A stretch of 64,000 nt of DNA from Bigelowiella natans CCMP2755 (lineage: Eukaryota; Protista; Cercozoa): positions 1 to 64,000 of the forward strand of contig ADNK01002131.1 in NCBI GenBank assembly GCA_000320545.1, written 5' to 3'. The translations under genes and the position numbers were made by a program. Shown here in pieces: positions 36,281 to 49,223 of this stretch. The stretch's first letter is position 1; every line of letters begins with the position of its first letter. The notes beneath the pieces were generated by a model. It saw nothing but the letters and a program-made list of their open reading frames with translations. It was not told where the DNA came from and ran no database searches.

Positions 36281-38726
36281 TTAATTTTTTTGACTTTCTA
36301 ATTGCTGCATTTGATGTTGAAGTTTCTCAAGCTTTTCCCTTTTCCCAACCATGAGTGATTCATGACGATGGCTCAGAGAAGCAAATTCGGCATTCCACTT
36401 TTTCACTGTCTCTCCCTCTTTCTCCAGCTACGTAACAACATGCAACAAAAAATTTAGTCAGAATTCCGATCGTCAATTCCTATGCTAGAGGAGAAAGCAG
36501 AACAGATGCATTTGCATGTAAATGGGATGACACCTGCTTCCTTAGCTCCGAAATATCTCTCGTCTTCATCTTAATGTGCTGACGTTGCTGTTGTACAGCC
36601 TCGCGTTTACTTGCCAATTCCAATTGTAGACGTTTTAACTCTGATACTTTTTTCTGCCGCTTCTCAGATTTCTTCTTTAATTTTACTTGCGATTCTTTTA
36701 GTGAATCATCTTTCTCTTTCTGGAAAATTAAGTGATTGGCATGTGTGGAATGTTAGATTTTGGTGCTTACTTTTAAGATTTCAATTTTGTCAAGCTCCTC
36801 TTTAAGGCTTTGTTCCAATGAAATCTTCAGATTCCTTAGTTTGAAAAAAAAACAACATAAATCATTTCGAAAACAAAATACTAGCGGTGATTAAATATTC
36901 GCTAGACCTCAGCTTAGAAGTTTCAAGTTGTTTTTCAGCTTTTATCTGTGAAATAATATAAGATCTTGGGCTAAATGATTTTGAATTTCAGTCTACCTTT
37001 TCAAGTTCTCGGACCTCCTCGAGTCCAGTTCTGACGATTTCTGAAACATGCTCTCGATAGGTTTGGAATTTGGTCCGTAGAGCGTTTATATCAGCTTTAA
37101 TCATGGAGTTGTAAGAATGTACATCCTTTAACCGGGCTTTAAGTTTGTCTTCCTTGTTCAGCTCTTCCGTAATGTTTTCTTGGTGATTTCTAAAAATTCT
37201 GTACGATAGTGGAATCAGGATTGGATTATTGACATTTTATTTCTTTTAAGTGAATTACCGCTGAAGATCCCTTATTTTTTCAGCAGCTCCATTGCCTCTT
37301 CTTCGATGTTCGGCTAATTCCTCCGTAAGCGTTACTATTGTATTGGAATTATTTTCTCGTTGCTTCATCGCAGCATCTAATTTTCTTCCAACCTCCTCAT
37401 CTCGAGCTATGCTGTCTTTAAGTCTTTAAAATATGGTATTCGTCACATTAAGGATTACACATCAATGTGATATGTCCCAGACCCCACACCCCAGACAGCT
37501 TACCTTCGTTCCAACAATTGTAATTCTTTCACACAAGCCTCTTTCCGTTTACTGTCGTTCTCTTCGATTACCATCAAGAATAATTTGATATCTTGCCTTT
37601 CAAACTTTGATCCTGGAATGAATCCTTCTATCTAATATACACGGTGGTACATTTTTATCACATTGATATGCACAAAATACATGTGTTTTCTCGCTTCGCA
37701 GCCTCAATGTTTTTTTTTTTAATTATGTTGTATTGCATCCATTCGAGGTCTCATTTACCAGTTTCTTTCGCTCATCCTTTAACGTATTCACTTTACTTTT
37801 CAGCATGTGATTTTCAGCATCAAGCTTGTCTACGTCCAAAGTCTCTTTTCTGACAGATTCAGTCAGATTCCGAAGTCTCTCTCTAGAAGTCTGTAATTTT
37901 GACTCAAGCTGGGTTTCCTCGTCACACAATACGTCATGCTTCTTTTGATTGTCTTGTTTCAATTGGAGCAACTTATTCTTCTCGCGAGTGATGGTGCTTT
38001 TTAATGTCTTAATTTTCTGAAAATTGCCATTGAGGTCCGCGAGTTCTAGAGATAAAGAGCATGAGAGCACTGATAAGCTTACTAAATATTTGGAACAGAA
38101 TTCATGTTGATGGGACCTTGTTGGAAAGCGACATCGTTCATCTGTGCATCCGAACCATGGTTGGAGAGCGATTCTGAAGTTTCCCTCAAGGTTTTTGCAA
38201 GTTTTTGTAAGTCTGTGAAGCTCCTCTGATTTCCTTTAGAATGTTGAAAAAGTTCCTGCATCTTTTGTATCATCTCGCTTTTCCATATTTCACAAGAGGC
38301 GAGGGATGTCTTAATGTTTCGGTCTATTTCTGTCAACAGAGAAACATAGATCAACTTGTGTTCAACACAAAAATGAAATGTGTTTGATAAGGATGATGCA
38401 ATAACCTTTTTTCTGTTTTTCTTGTTCTGTTAATAGAGCTTTGCTAGAAATTGTGAGCTGAATGATTCGATCTTCCCTCCTTTTGATGTTCTTACGACTT
38501 TCTTGGTTTTCTTTGTTGATGATCGCTAATTTCCTTTCGATCTCCTTCTTTATTTGCCTGGCTTGAATCATACCTCGATCGAGCTCCCGCGCAGCATCTA
38601 AGTCATTGGATGACAATAGGTTAGTGCAATAATGCAATGATGATGAATGATGAATATGAACATGGATCGGCATAAGATGGGTTCACCTATTACTCCCTCT
38701 AATCCACGTGAAACTGTCTTGTTCAT
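36281..38726 (-). CDS. Multi-exon coiled-coil protein of unknown function
   Basis: MNKTVSRGLEGVI|DLDAARELDRGMIQARQIKKEIERK..., many E/K/Q/L-rich exons (ORFs 38362, 38082, 37723); last exon LEKEGETVKK...QLESQKN* ends at 36281. Confidence 0.7.
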
Positions 38727-39167
38727 TTCGTTGTCGATGACTTTTGAGACAGAAATATTTCTGAATGCTGGTGTGTTGAGTTGTGATAGATGTCGTCTTC
38801 AGTAATTGCTGGCGCGAACCTACAGAAATACACTTAGTGGCGGTCGCAGAACCAACAAGATGACCGGGATTTCCTGGATTTCAATCAGTTATTGGTCGAC
38901 TACCGGTAATGCATTGTTGTCGCAAGGTGTAAATACATTTCATTTCTCAAAGAGCAACTCTGCTGGCCGAACCCTAGTTTCCCAGGGAAACTACTAAATG
39001 AATGGCATTTTCCACATGTGATTAACGAAAAGTGTTGTCGTTTACAAGCATGGGACATATAGGAGCTCAGGTTGGTTTGGAGATCGAGGATCCACACCCA
39101 GGATTCCCATTATTATGAGCTTCGAACATCCCCCCCCCCCCTTTTACCTCATAGCCCGACGAGTAGT

Positions 39168-40173
39168 ATGGTAATGCATTCATGTAATAATGGTGGGGCT
39201 GATTTCAAGTTCACAGGCACTCTGGGTTCGTTCCTTTTCTGTATCCTCGTTTTAATAGCGCTTTCTGGATTCCTAAAAACTCCTTCGACAGCACATGGGA
39301 AATGGTTTACTGCCAAACAGAATTACTTCTTAGCAGTTTTCCTCATGGCCACCTTGGACCTTCCACGATACCTTGTTGTTGCTATAGACAATGATTATGG
39401 ATGCAGTCGAAAGACGTGGATTTACGCGCTACATATGCTGGCCAATGCTTTCTTCTTCTCGTCTTACTCGATCATCTGCTCCTTGTGGCAAGAAACGGTT
39501 GGAGGAGGCAATAAAATTATCATATTCACACGTCCCATGCAGCCCTTGTGACAATGTACGTTGGCTAAAATACCAATGAGTCTGGGTCTGTGTACATCAG
39601 GAAACAATATTTGACTTTTTCGAGACCACATTCTACGTCGTTTACACGGTATTTACCGCCTGCAAAAATCTATTCTTCTTCTCTGCTATTTCATGGTCTG
39701 GGTTCCAGTTACTTTGGCCACTATATAAACTAGGTCGCAGCAATCAACACATACAAGATGAAAACCTGTCGAACGTTGCAGCGCAATTGAGGCCGCTCAT
39801 GTTCAAGATCAAAGTATTGGTAGCTGTCGTTTCTATCAGCGGGGTGTTGAGATTTATTATGCTTTGCATCAAGATTTCTATTTTGGATGAATCCTCTAGT
39901 AGTAGTAGTTCCTGGTTTACCAGTCCAGCCTGGTGGGTATTCGACGATTTCTTGCCGCGACTCCTACCAACATCAGGTTTCATGCTGCTCATGTTCGGAT
40001 CCGTGCTCGTGAGGCACAAAAGCCAAGTTGTCCGACCGGTACCGCAGATTGATCAGAAAGATCCATCTCAGTTTGATGTGGATATTGGAGAAGATTTTCG
40101 TAATAGAGAAAACGAATTCAAGCCTCATCAAGATGATGACATTTTTACCGGCCAAGATTACGCTCACATGTAG
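39168..40173 (+). CDS. Multi-pass (7TM-like, THH1/TOM1/GPR137-type) membrane protein, apparently disrupted at ~39540-39600
   Basis: Hydrophobic helices in ORF 39072 (ATG at 39168) and from 39601 (ETIFDFFETTFYVVYTVF...) into ORF 39787. The reading frame changes across 39538-39600. Family assignment is by resemblance only. Confidence 0.6.
39538..39670 (+). repeat. 133-bp dispersed direct repeat, copy 1 (copy 2 at 48815-48947)
   Basis: Identical apart from one 8-nt block: AGTCTGGG (39579-39586) versus CCCATGCA (48856-48863). Confidence 0.95.
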
Positions 40174-40460
40174 CAACCCATAGAGTGTGAGAAACTAGAC
40201 GTATATTATTATTACGCTAATTGTATACTGAAAAATGAACGCGTTGTGTCCCCCTAACTTTAACTCTGTTTTCGGTCGTACCTGAGGATATGACTACATC
40301 TATATTCCCAAATCGTGCCTTCCAACGGCATGCTACAATGATAAAAAGACTATGTTTTCAGTCTGAAGTGGAGGCAACCCAACGCTTTACTAAAATTTCG
40401 TAAATCAATACTTTGCTTCCATTCTCGATGCAATCATACGTAGCGCATGCCCCGCGTAAG

Positions 40461-40495
<35 letters not shown>

Positions 40496-40929
40496 AGCAG
40501 CAGCAGCAGTAGTAGACATCCATACTCTACATTTTTTCTTCTTCGTATCAATAGTGCAAAATTTCGAAAGTGTGATTGTAAACGGTGGCAAGGTCTCCAG
40601 CTTCTCTTGACGGATCTAATGAAATGATTAAACTAGTAAAATCTATTCAATTGTCATCCAAATGGCTAGCTGTGCAGTGCTGCGCAAGCATAGCTGCTGC
40701 GGCGTGTACCGCGCATGTGTGGTGCAGCGTGCAAGATGTGAGTTGTGTGACGACATGTGGCCCTGAAGATGCAAACAGGCATGCGCATGTGTGTACGTAC
40801 ATCATTACAGCGAGTGTAGGTCTAATGGACAAGTCAACAAAGTGCACATTGTGCACATGTTATAATGTCATTGCACCAACAACACATCTAGACATGCTAG
40901 CCTAGCTAGCTAGCTGCGTAGTAGCATGC

Positions 40930-42550
40930 ATGTCGCATTGTCGCATTGTGCATGTGCACAAACCTAGAGACGAAGTGCACATCGCTGGATCACACGTGCA
41001 TGCCTAGCTAGCTAGATGCGCACGTCTCTCCATTGCATGGTTGGACAGACATGCAGCATGTGTTGTGTCAAATGAGGAAACAACAACTTGATGTTCAAGC
41101 AACTGTTCCCTCAGATCGCAACAGCTCTGCGCTCTTGTCTTCATTTCAAAACATCTTGATCGATCTTCATGCTAGCTCGTGATGCAACTGTGTCTGCAAT
41201 GAGTGTGTTCCAAAAGATCATCTAGGTCATGTGATGTGCATCTCACGTGTGACATGACTGTGTCTGATGATGGACATGCAATGCACTGTGTACATGACAC
41301 ATATAATATACATATTGTGTATTGCTGTGTCTGTGTCTATCATTCTGTGATTCGTGGTGTGATGTGTCCACAAAGATCATTTTTTCTCTCCTCATCCGTC
41401 CATGTCGTTTGCCTTGCAATGTTCGTCCAGACGATCTGCGCGACCCACGCAACAAGAGCACGAGCGAAAAGCTGCGGACAAAATGGCTGCTGCGATGAAC
41501 TTACAACAATGCACCAAGCTAGCAAGTGCAACGCACTCGGGATTGCAAGGAAGTCTGAGGAGGCGCCAGTCAGTGGCAGATCCTTGTGCACTCCGGAGGT
41601 GCTGAAACTCTTCGTGCACGTGCAGCTCGTGAACGAGAACCAACTTCGGGAAAAATTCGCGTGTGATTGACGCACGCAACCTGGAACGATTTCAGGACGA
41701 GTGCACGCGGCTTGTTTGCTCACTCGTCTAGTCGTGACACAACGCACGTTCACCAAAGTCGAGCACGTCCGTTTTGTGCGTTGACAGGTGATCGACGATG
41801 GTGAAGTGCAGGCATCGTTTGTGTGCATCACTCCGATGAAGTTGACCCAGCTAGCCAGGCTGGCAGGCAACAAGTGAGGGTCTGTGTGGTCACGTGTGTG
41901 TGTGTGGCCAGGCTAGCAGGTGCTGGCAACAGTTCGTGTGCACGTGCGTTCGTGGTCCAAGTGCCGGCACGAAACGGACGTCTAGACGTTGCAGTGCAGT
42001 GCGTGGAATCGCCCTGTGCCATTGCGCACACAGCATGGCCACACTGTGTGTCAAGACACAGTCACTCTGCTAGTCTGTGTGATTCCACACACTGAACATG
42101 GTGCTTGTGCTAAGTCCTTCGGAGGCAGATGCCAAAAAACACAGACGCTGCTGTCCGTGAATTTTGGTCGAAGCGGAGCTCTCGAGATTCCTCCGCAAGG
42201 AATTGAGCGACGCTTCTGTCCCCGAAGAATTGATTAGCACAAATTTGATGACGGACGTTCGTTTGACACCGTGCACCAAAACACAGAGGAACATTCCAGC
42301 TCTTCGTGAACAGAAAAACGCTACGTCACATTCACAAACGCTTGATGCATGCTGACTGCGACTGGGGAGGAGAAAAGGGAACGTGTGCAAATGGCAAGGA
42401 AGCAAAAGACAGAGGCATGGGGAGGAAAAAAGCCATGGAACTCCAAAAAAAAAGCAGCCTCCACATCGCAGAACGCTTTATTCACAGGGGGCGAGGAGTT
42501 TTCTAGCTGTTCAGATGTCGCCGCAAAGCAGAAACGCCAAGGATTTTGAA
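40930..42550. other. TpA-depleted hypermutated tract C with decayed ORF remnants
   Basis: Long runs contain only CTAG-type TpA, with one surviving AT-rich island at ~41290-41340. GCTAGCTAGC runs occur at ~40895-41015. ORFs are Tyr-free and Cys/His-rich. Confidence 0.8.
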
Positions 42551-42616
42551 TGCGTTGTTGGTTGATGAGCGTACTCACAGATTCGCTAAAGGGCACGCGC
42601 GCTCATATTTAGCTCA

Positions 42617-44100
42617 ATGGTGGTAACTGGGTTCGTGTACGACAGTGTAATCGCGGGCTTCTGTGCAGTTGGCTGCATCTACAGCGTTATGATAGCTCGG
42701 AACGTTGATGCCAAACGAACAAGGTCTGGGGTTGCAGCTACTCCGTCACACAATACTAGAATTTTGTGGTAAATCTTTGCGACGGTTCATCAAAACATCA
42801 CAGGAATGACATGATGACATGATGGCATGTAGGGCTGTGGCATTTCTGCTAGCACTTGGTATCCCCGGGTATCTTTTGAGGCCACGTGGGCCAATCGAAG
42901 CTCCATGGCAATTTCTGATCACTCTCACACTTTTAGCTGCGGTGTGTACTTTCTCATACTAACATGAACGTGAACATGATCTGATATCTGATCAGACATT
43001 GCTCACATTTGTTATCATTAATGCAGGCCATCGTGATGTGGATTGCAATAACCTTTTTGAGAGTACTAGCTAATGCAGTGTACACTTCTGCAAATCTGAA
43101 AACTCAGCCATCAGAGAACGTGAAAGTAATCTTTGATTCAGCAAGCTATTTCATTTTCTTCTCCACTGCAGCATCAATTGTAGTTTCAATAGCAACAGAT
43201 GATCGGAGATATGAGGTAATATGCTATGGATCCCTCTTAATTACAGCAGTTCTCCTTGATCCTTACATCATAGTAATGCTTTACAAGTTGCACACAATCG
43301 TCGCGTCTCACTTGAGAACTCTTCATAAATACGATGATGGCTTTGCCAACGCAAAAGGAAAATTCTCAACGAAGAACTCTAAATTTCCTACAATAGCAAG
43401 TTCAGCTATCATCATGAATCGTCAGGTGTGTGCAAATAGTAGTGAAGTTAAATCGAATAGATTTCCACAAGCTTTTAAGCCTGATGAGGAAGCTCTTCAC
43501 GCTGAATCCAAAAGCGACACCTCTGGCATTCTAAAGACAACAATCCCATTAGTGGAGGTCACATCAGAAAATACCTCTGGAATAGCAAAGCTTCAAAGTG
43601 CTGTCGGAGTACCGAGCGGCGGAGTCACCAGCGATGTTGATTCTGGACCACCGTTGATATCTGCAGATGAGATCAAAATTGCTAGAATTCCAAGGCGTCA
43701 GACCATAGCTGCAATGCGCAGGGACGCGGACATTGCAAAGTATAGAAGTCTTTTGAGGAAGCTAAAAGTGTCAATCTTTATGATTATTGTCATCGTCGCA
43801 ATTGCAATCGGATTGCTACTAATCACGATCTTAGACCGCATACAGAGTTCTCAATCTTTATCTGAAAACTACAGCAGGGACCAGGAGTCGGATGGGATCA
43901 TACAGTATATAACTGTTATCTTCTTCCTTCTGACCGTAGTGTTTGTCGTCTGGTATGCGGGGGGGCCTTGGGAAGGTGACATCTGCTTCTGCTTATCATG
44001 CGCCGCTACTGCTCCTGCAAGCTCCACAAAAGAAAATAAATCCTCACAACAATCAAATGTAGTTTCAGCTGCCTGTGTTAGATCGAAAGTGATTGTGTAA
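42617..44100 (+). CDS. 7TM/GPCR-like membrane protein with long cytoplasmic loop
   Basis: Three exons: MVVTGFVYDSVIAGFCAVGCIYSVMIA...ILW|AVAFLLALGIPGY...TLLAA|AIVMWIAITF... (ORF 43009-44100); about seven hydrophobic segments. Confidence 0.7.
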
Positions 44101-44662
44101 TGTTGTCAAGTTTGAGTTCATCCACTCATTCTAAATCTGATGTGCAAGCAAATTACTGTGCTGAGTGAATGATGAAAGATGCGATAAGACAATCAACTGA
44201 ATTGACCAAATTTGTGTCGGTCAATTGACGGCATCATTGCTGAGCAGATGACAATGAAAGTGGTTGAAAACATTGCAAAATTGTAGATTCGCATGATGCA
44301 TCTGAACGCTGAAGGCTCACCCTCTTTGTCACATCATTGCAACAAAGGGGGGACGCATTCTGCAAATCATGCAAAAAGGATGTGCAAAATGATTACAATC
44401 ACAGCAAAATCTGACTTCCTTTCCCCAAGTTTCTGATGCATCGCGCGAAAAATGGCGGGGAATTCTGCAGCGCGTGCTGGCGTGGCGGAAAGTCCAATAA
44501 CGGAGACCTTGTGGAAAGTGCCAAAACTAATGCGCATCAGATTCGACAAGATCTCCCAAATGAGCCACCGGCGCTTGGCACCACAGTTTGTGGAATCGCT
44601 CTGCGTCTGTGCTCATGTTCCCGTTCTAGCTTGTGTGCGCGAATGGCACATACATGCATGCA

Positions 44663-44702
<40 letters not shown>

Positions 44703-44798
44703 GCCCATGACGATCAGCAGTCCTTGACTTCTTCGAAGTCTAGTTGAAGACTCAAACTAGATATTTACATGTGAAGTGCATGCCAATGTATGTTTCGA

Positions 44799-46087
44799 TC
44801 AAAGTTCTTTGCGGTCATCATCTTGTTCAATTTTGTAATCGAATTCATCAAAGGCTTGTTTCCACCTCCGGGCGACCATCTTTTTCTCAGCTTTACTCAG
44901 AGTTGAGAAATTGTTCTTCTTGTACGACTAGAAAGGCACACCATAAGAGATAACAAACAATTACTGAGCTCAGGTTCACAACGATAGGAAACCATCGCTA
45001 CTTGTGGCACTTTGAGGACAAACGTGTGCACCAGGACAATGACGCCAGAAAAATTAGAATAGTGAGCATAATATAGTGTAGATGTAGAATGGATATAAGA
45101 AAAAGTACCAACACTAGTATCAATGTATGCATCTTCTATACCTTGTTAGTCTTCTGATGCTCTCTCACGGCAGCTCGCATTCTGTCGACGTTGGGCCATT
45201 TCAAATGGGTGTATATTCGCGCGATTGTCTGGAATGGAGATGGGGAGTGTGACTTGTGAGTGGTGGATTGATGATGATCATAGTCAGGAAAGAGAGGTGC
45301 ACATCCTTTTAGTCAAGGTATTTATGGACATCAGACGACCTCCTCCTGATTATTTGCCAGGTCCTCAAATGCTATTTCAATGAGATTTCCTTTGGGAATA
45401 AGCTTTCGGTCGCGCACATACAACGAGTGAAGCTGTTCAAACTGGCTCAAAATAAATTCCTAACAAAAGAAAGCATAAACGACGGAGTCGTGAGTTCGTA
45501 GGTGCGTGCAGATTACAATTACTACTGCTAACACTCCCTATGTCCCTCCCACTCTCACGAATACTATTTTCTGTTGCAGCAACCCTAAAAATGGTGTCCC
45601 ACCTGCACATGAATGTTGTCAGGAGTATGGAGGTACCTATCGAAGTGTCAATATATGAGAGGATGAGAGGACGACTGCATGAAACTCTCAACATTCGTCT
45701 AGCCCACATGTCTTCTTGCAAACTATGCACGATGATGTTCGCGTACATGTATGGATAAGCCTTGTCGGCCATATTTGCTGCCGACTGGTATACCCTGTAA
45801 GGGTCCCTGTGCAAGTAAATGAACTGGGCATTTGGGAAGAGCTTCAGCAATAGGCGCACACGACCCGTGTGCACAGGGGATTTGAGAAGAAGGCGGCGTT
45901 TTCCAGAACCCCCATCATTAACGGCCGACAGCTTTTTGAGCAAAAACATGAATGATTGCCGCCAGCACGAGAAGTCGTATATAGTCGCATCTTCGAAATT
46001 CACGAACTGCCGGAAGCACCCGCGTTCAAGTCGTGGGAGGAAGATCGACATATACTGATTTGTTCATGGCGAGGGGGGAAGAAGAGA

Positions 46088-46128
<41 letters not shown>

Positions 46129-47095
46129 CCATAAAGGCATAGTTGGGAAGATCTCACGCAATGCCACATAATTATGATTACCATCAGGTATGACACATGA
46201 TAGGAGCACGAGAACGAACAGCAGGCAGCAGCAGATGGCTCCATTACAACCTGACTCTTGCCACCGGAGAGAACGTTCGTCGCCAATTCATCTTCTTGGG
46301 GCATTGACAACCCTAGCTTCATGTTGTCCATTGGTCGTCGCTCATCGACGAATCCGGCAAATAACCACGAAATTTTGTTCAGAATCGCGAATCCGGACGG
46401 AAACCTGAACGAGTATGGTCATTAATAATGTGGTAGTGGGAAAATCAACGACCCGTCGAGTGGTTGCACTAATTAAGGAGCTTGGATCGTACACAACTTA
46501 TCTTTATTCCAAAAAAACCACACTACTTCCTCCCCCCCCTACTCCCATCTTCCTACCCGGCTTGAAACGTTGTGCAAAAATAGAACTGCTCGTCGTCCTT
46601 TGAGAGGAGATTGTGCATTAGAGTCGTTCCTAGACATATTACAGTGTAAACGGTGATAATAAATATAATGAACGAATGGTATTTTTATGAGCTGATGAAT
46701 ATTGGATAGTGTTTATTCCAAAAGCAATATTCAATGTAACTCTATGCAAGGGACAGAGAGACAAATGATAGTGGCGGAGAGGGTGGAGTTGCTGCCACAA
46801 CAACAAAACCTGTGCGCGGATGCCCCAGGATGAAAACAGGACTGGGATGTAGTTTCGCTTTCACGATTGTGTGGGCGAAGAAAATCCAGTCGAGCAGCGC
46901 AAAAATCCCATTCACAATGGCCATGAAGCTTAAGAACAGCGCTCGCAGCCAATACTTACGCCACTCTATCGCTCCCCCATAACGCCAGAGCATGGCGGCC
47001 CACCCGGACAGCGCAATGCCGGACAATGGGTTATTCTTAAGCGAAAAGGCCTTGTTGACCGCGAAGCGGCGAACCGGGTCTGTGGCAGACTCCAT
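44799..47095 (-). CDS. Sulfotransferase (Sulfotransfer_3 / Stf3-like), multi-exon
   Basis: 5'-PSB loop PVFILGHPRTG|TTLMHNLL; RRPMDNM...PQEDELA; LLLKSPVHTGRVRLLLKLFPNAQFIYLHRDPY; IEIAFEDL; last exon SYKKNNF...DRKEL*. Confidence 0.9.
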
Positions 47096-47300
47096 TGCCC
47101 ACGGTAGCAATGAGGCCTCAAGTCTGTCGCGGAAGTAGACAACAATTCGCCAACAATGAGAAGGTAATCTTACGTCAAATTCCCCTGGGAAACATCGAAA
47201 AACATGCGATGGAACCAAAAAAAAAAAGGAAAGTCTTTGTTAGCAAAATTTTGTTAGTCTTAAAAGCATAGAAATCCATTTTGGTTTGGGTCTTATGAAA

Positions 47301-47370
47301 GTGTCCGACGTGTCCGAATGTGTCCGAAGATTATTATGTCTCTTAGAATTTCCGAAGGTGTCCGAAGATA
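47301..47370. repeat. Short tandem TGTCCGA motif cluster
   Basis: GTGTCCGACGTGTCCGAATGTGTCCGAAGA...GTGTCCGAAGA. Confidence 0.6.
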
Positions 47371-47574
47371 TACATTGATGGAAATTGTTCGTCAAATTTC
47401 ATGGAATTTCTGACTTTCACAATGTCCGCTATGAGACAACATCCATCACTTCGATGGAAAAACATAGCTGGGAAGTCAGAGATGCGAATAGAACAACTAC
47501 TTAACTAACCGAAGTCTGGGGGAAAACCAAGACCTAATCTGTCTGCGACGACAGAAAAGAGGACGGCTAAAAAT

Positions 47575-48550
47575 CATCTGGAGCGCGGCTCGATGAAGAG
47601 AGAAAGATTTTCGGCTGTTGATGCACTGCGACAATGCAACGAGTGATGTCGTTTGAAGTGTTTGACGGTGGTGCATCGTCGTGCATGGGAGGGAAGGGGA
47701 AGGAGCGGAAACTGAGTCCGCCTGTCTCCCATGTGGTTCTGGCGCATGTAGATTTGATCAACGCTTTGTTCATGGTTCATTGTTCATTGTTCAGTCCACG
47801 TTCATGTTTGTGATTGGCGCACTCTCGAGAGTGTCGACGCATTTTCCCTTCACGATGTGCACCTTGTCGTGCGCATTGCAGGTGAACTTCGCAAAAGAGC
47901 ACGAAGTGAAGAACACCGGTGTTGATCGGCTCTTGAAGGCTGTTTTGAAAGCGCTCTCGAAAGATCTCAAACGTTCTTCATTTTCGGGTTCCCAAGGCCT
48001 CTGGAACAGAGAGAGACATCATTGGGAATTGCAAGGCGCAGGCGTGCGTGACGTCGGAAGGCGGAAAAATGAATGTGTCCATTTGTGCAGCCGAAGGGTC
48101 ATTGGAGGTCCATGAATGAATGAATGAATGAATGAGCTCCATGGAAGTGACCAGTCCAATCGCCTAGCTGCAGCCTTGTTCGCGGGCGCCCACACTTGCT
48201 GTGGGGACTTGCAATGAGCTAGTCCATGTGCGTGTGTTGGGTCACTTCACATGTGCCTTTTTGCATGCACACATGAACAACTGACATGGACATGTGTTTT
48301 CACGCGTGTGCACGCACTGGGACTTGCAAGTCCACGTGGTGCAATCCCACACGTGCAATTGACAAAGTTTCAATCGCGTTGCAGCATCAATGGCCTTCTG
48401 CGCTGACTGACACCCAGCGTGCAATGATGAAAATGAGCGGCTGTTGAGAAGCTTTGGATGTTGAGTTTGTCTCATTTTTCAGGTTGAAGTGGAAAGTGAA
48501 CGAAGAAAAATCTCCCCAAATTGTGAGCATGCATGTGGCAGTGGTCATGC
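47575..48550. other. TpA-depleted hypermutated tract E with a decayed exon
   Basis: Manual count for 47581-48540: 3 TpA in 960 nt (2 CTAG, 1 GTAG), against dozens of CpG. Confidence 0.9.
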
Positions 48551-48814
48551 TTTACAAGGTGACTTGGTGATTCATTCATTTGTTCATGTTCATTCTGAAA
48601 TGCATTTTTTACCGGATGCACACGTGCTACTAACAAGCTAGGTGCTCCCCGAACAAGAAATTAGTGGAGTGCTACGGGTGCTTCGCGCTAACCTGTCTCA
48701 GGAGGTACAAGGGCAAAGTGTCTGTGACCATCGCACTGCAGACACAGCTATTTTGAAAGAGCATACGCCGAAAGCTTTGTATCCATCTTTCCATGGAACA
48801 CCCGCAGCATCGAT

Positions 48815-48947
48815 TGCAGCCCTTGTGACAATGTACGTTGGCTAAAATACCAATGCCCATGCATCTGTGTACATCAGGAAACAATATTTGACTTTTTCGA
48901 GACCACATTCTACGTCGTTTACACGGTATTTACCGCCTGCAAAAATC
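48815..48947 (+). repeat. 133-bp dispersed direct repeat, copy 2 (fragment of the 39 kb membrane gene)
   Basis: 125/133 identical to 39538-39670. Confidence 0.95.
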
Positions 48948-49091
48948 CGCGCCGCTCCAGAATGAGTCTAGTGTGGGTTTTATTTTTACAAGATCTGTTC
49001 CGTTCGTGCTGTCTGCAAGATATGTATACAAAAGGGAGTAGCAGAACGTTAGAGAGTGTCTCTGACTACCTGCTTTTCCCCTCCTCTCTCA

Positions 49092-49223
<132 letters not shown>

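Noticed and set aside
45437-45745. Apparent insertion in the sulfotransferase ORF
   Set aside because: Resolves as two ordinary introns around a small exon YLHTPDNIHVQ.
47575-48550. CpG methylation-deamination or fungal-type RIP as the cause of TG/CA excess
   Set aside because: CpG remains abundant while TpA is missing; RIP would create TpA. Minor CpG decay is not excluded.
48100-48620. Homology between tract E and tract A (10000-10100)
   Set aside because: Shared words are short and low-complexity (TGAA-type), so convergence under the same mutational bias is sufficient.
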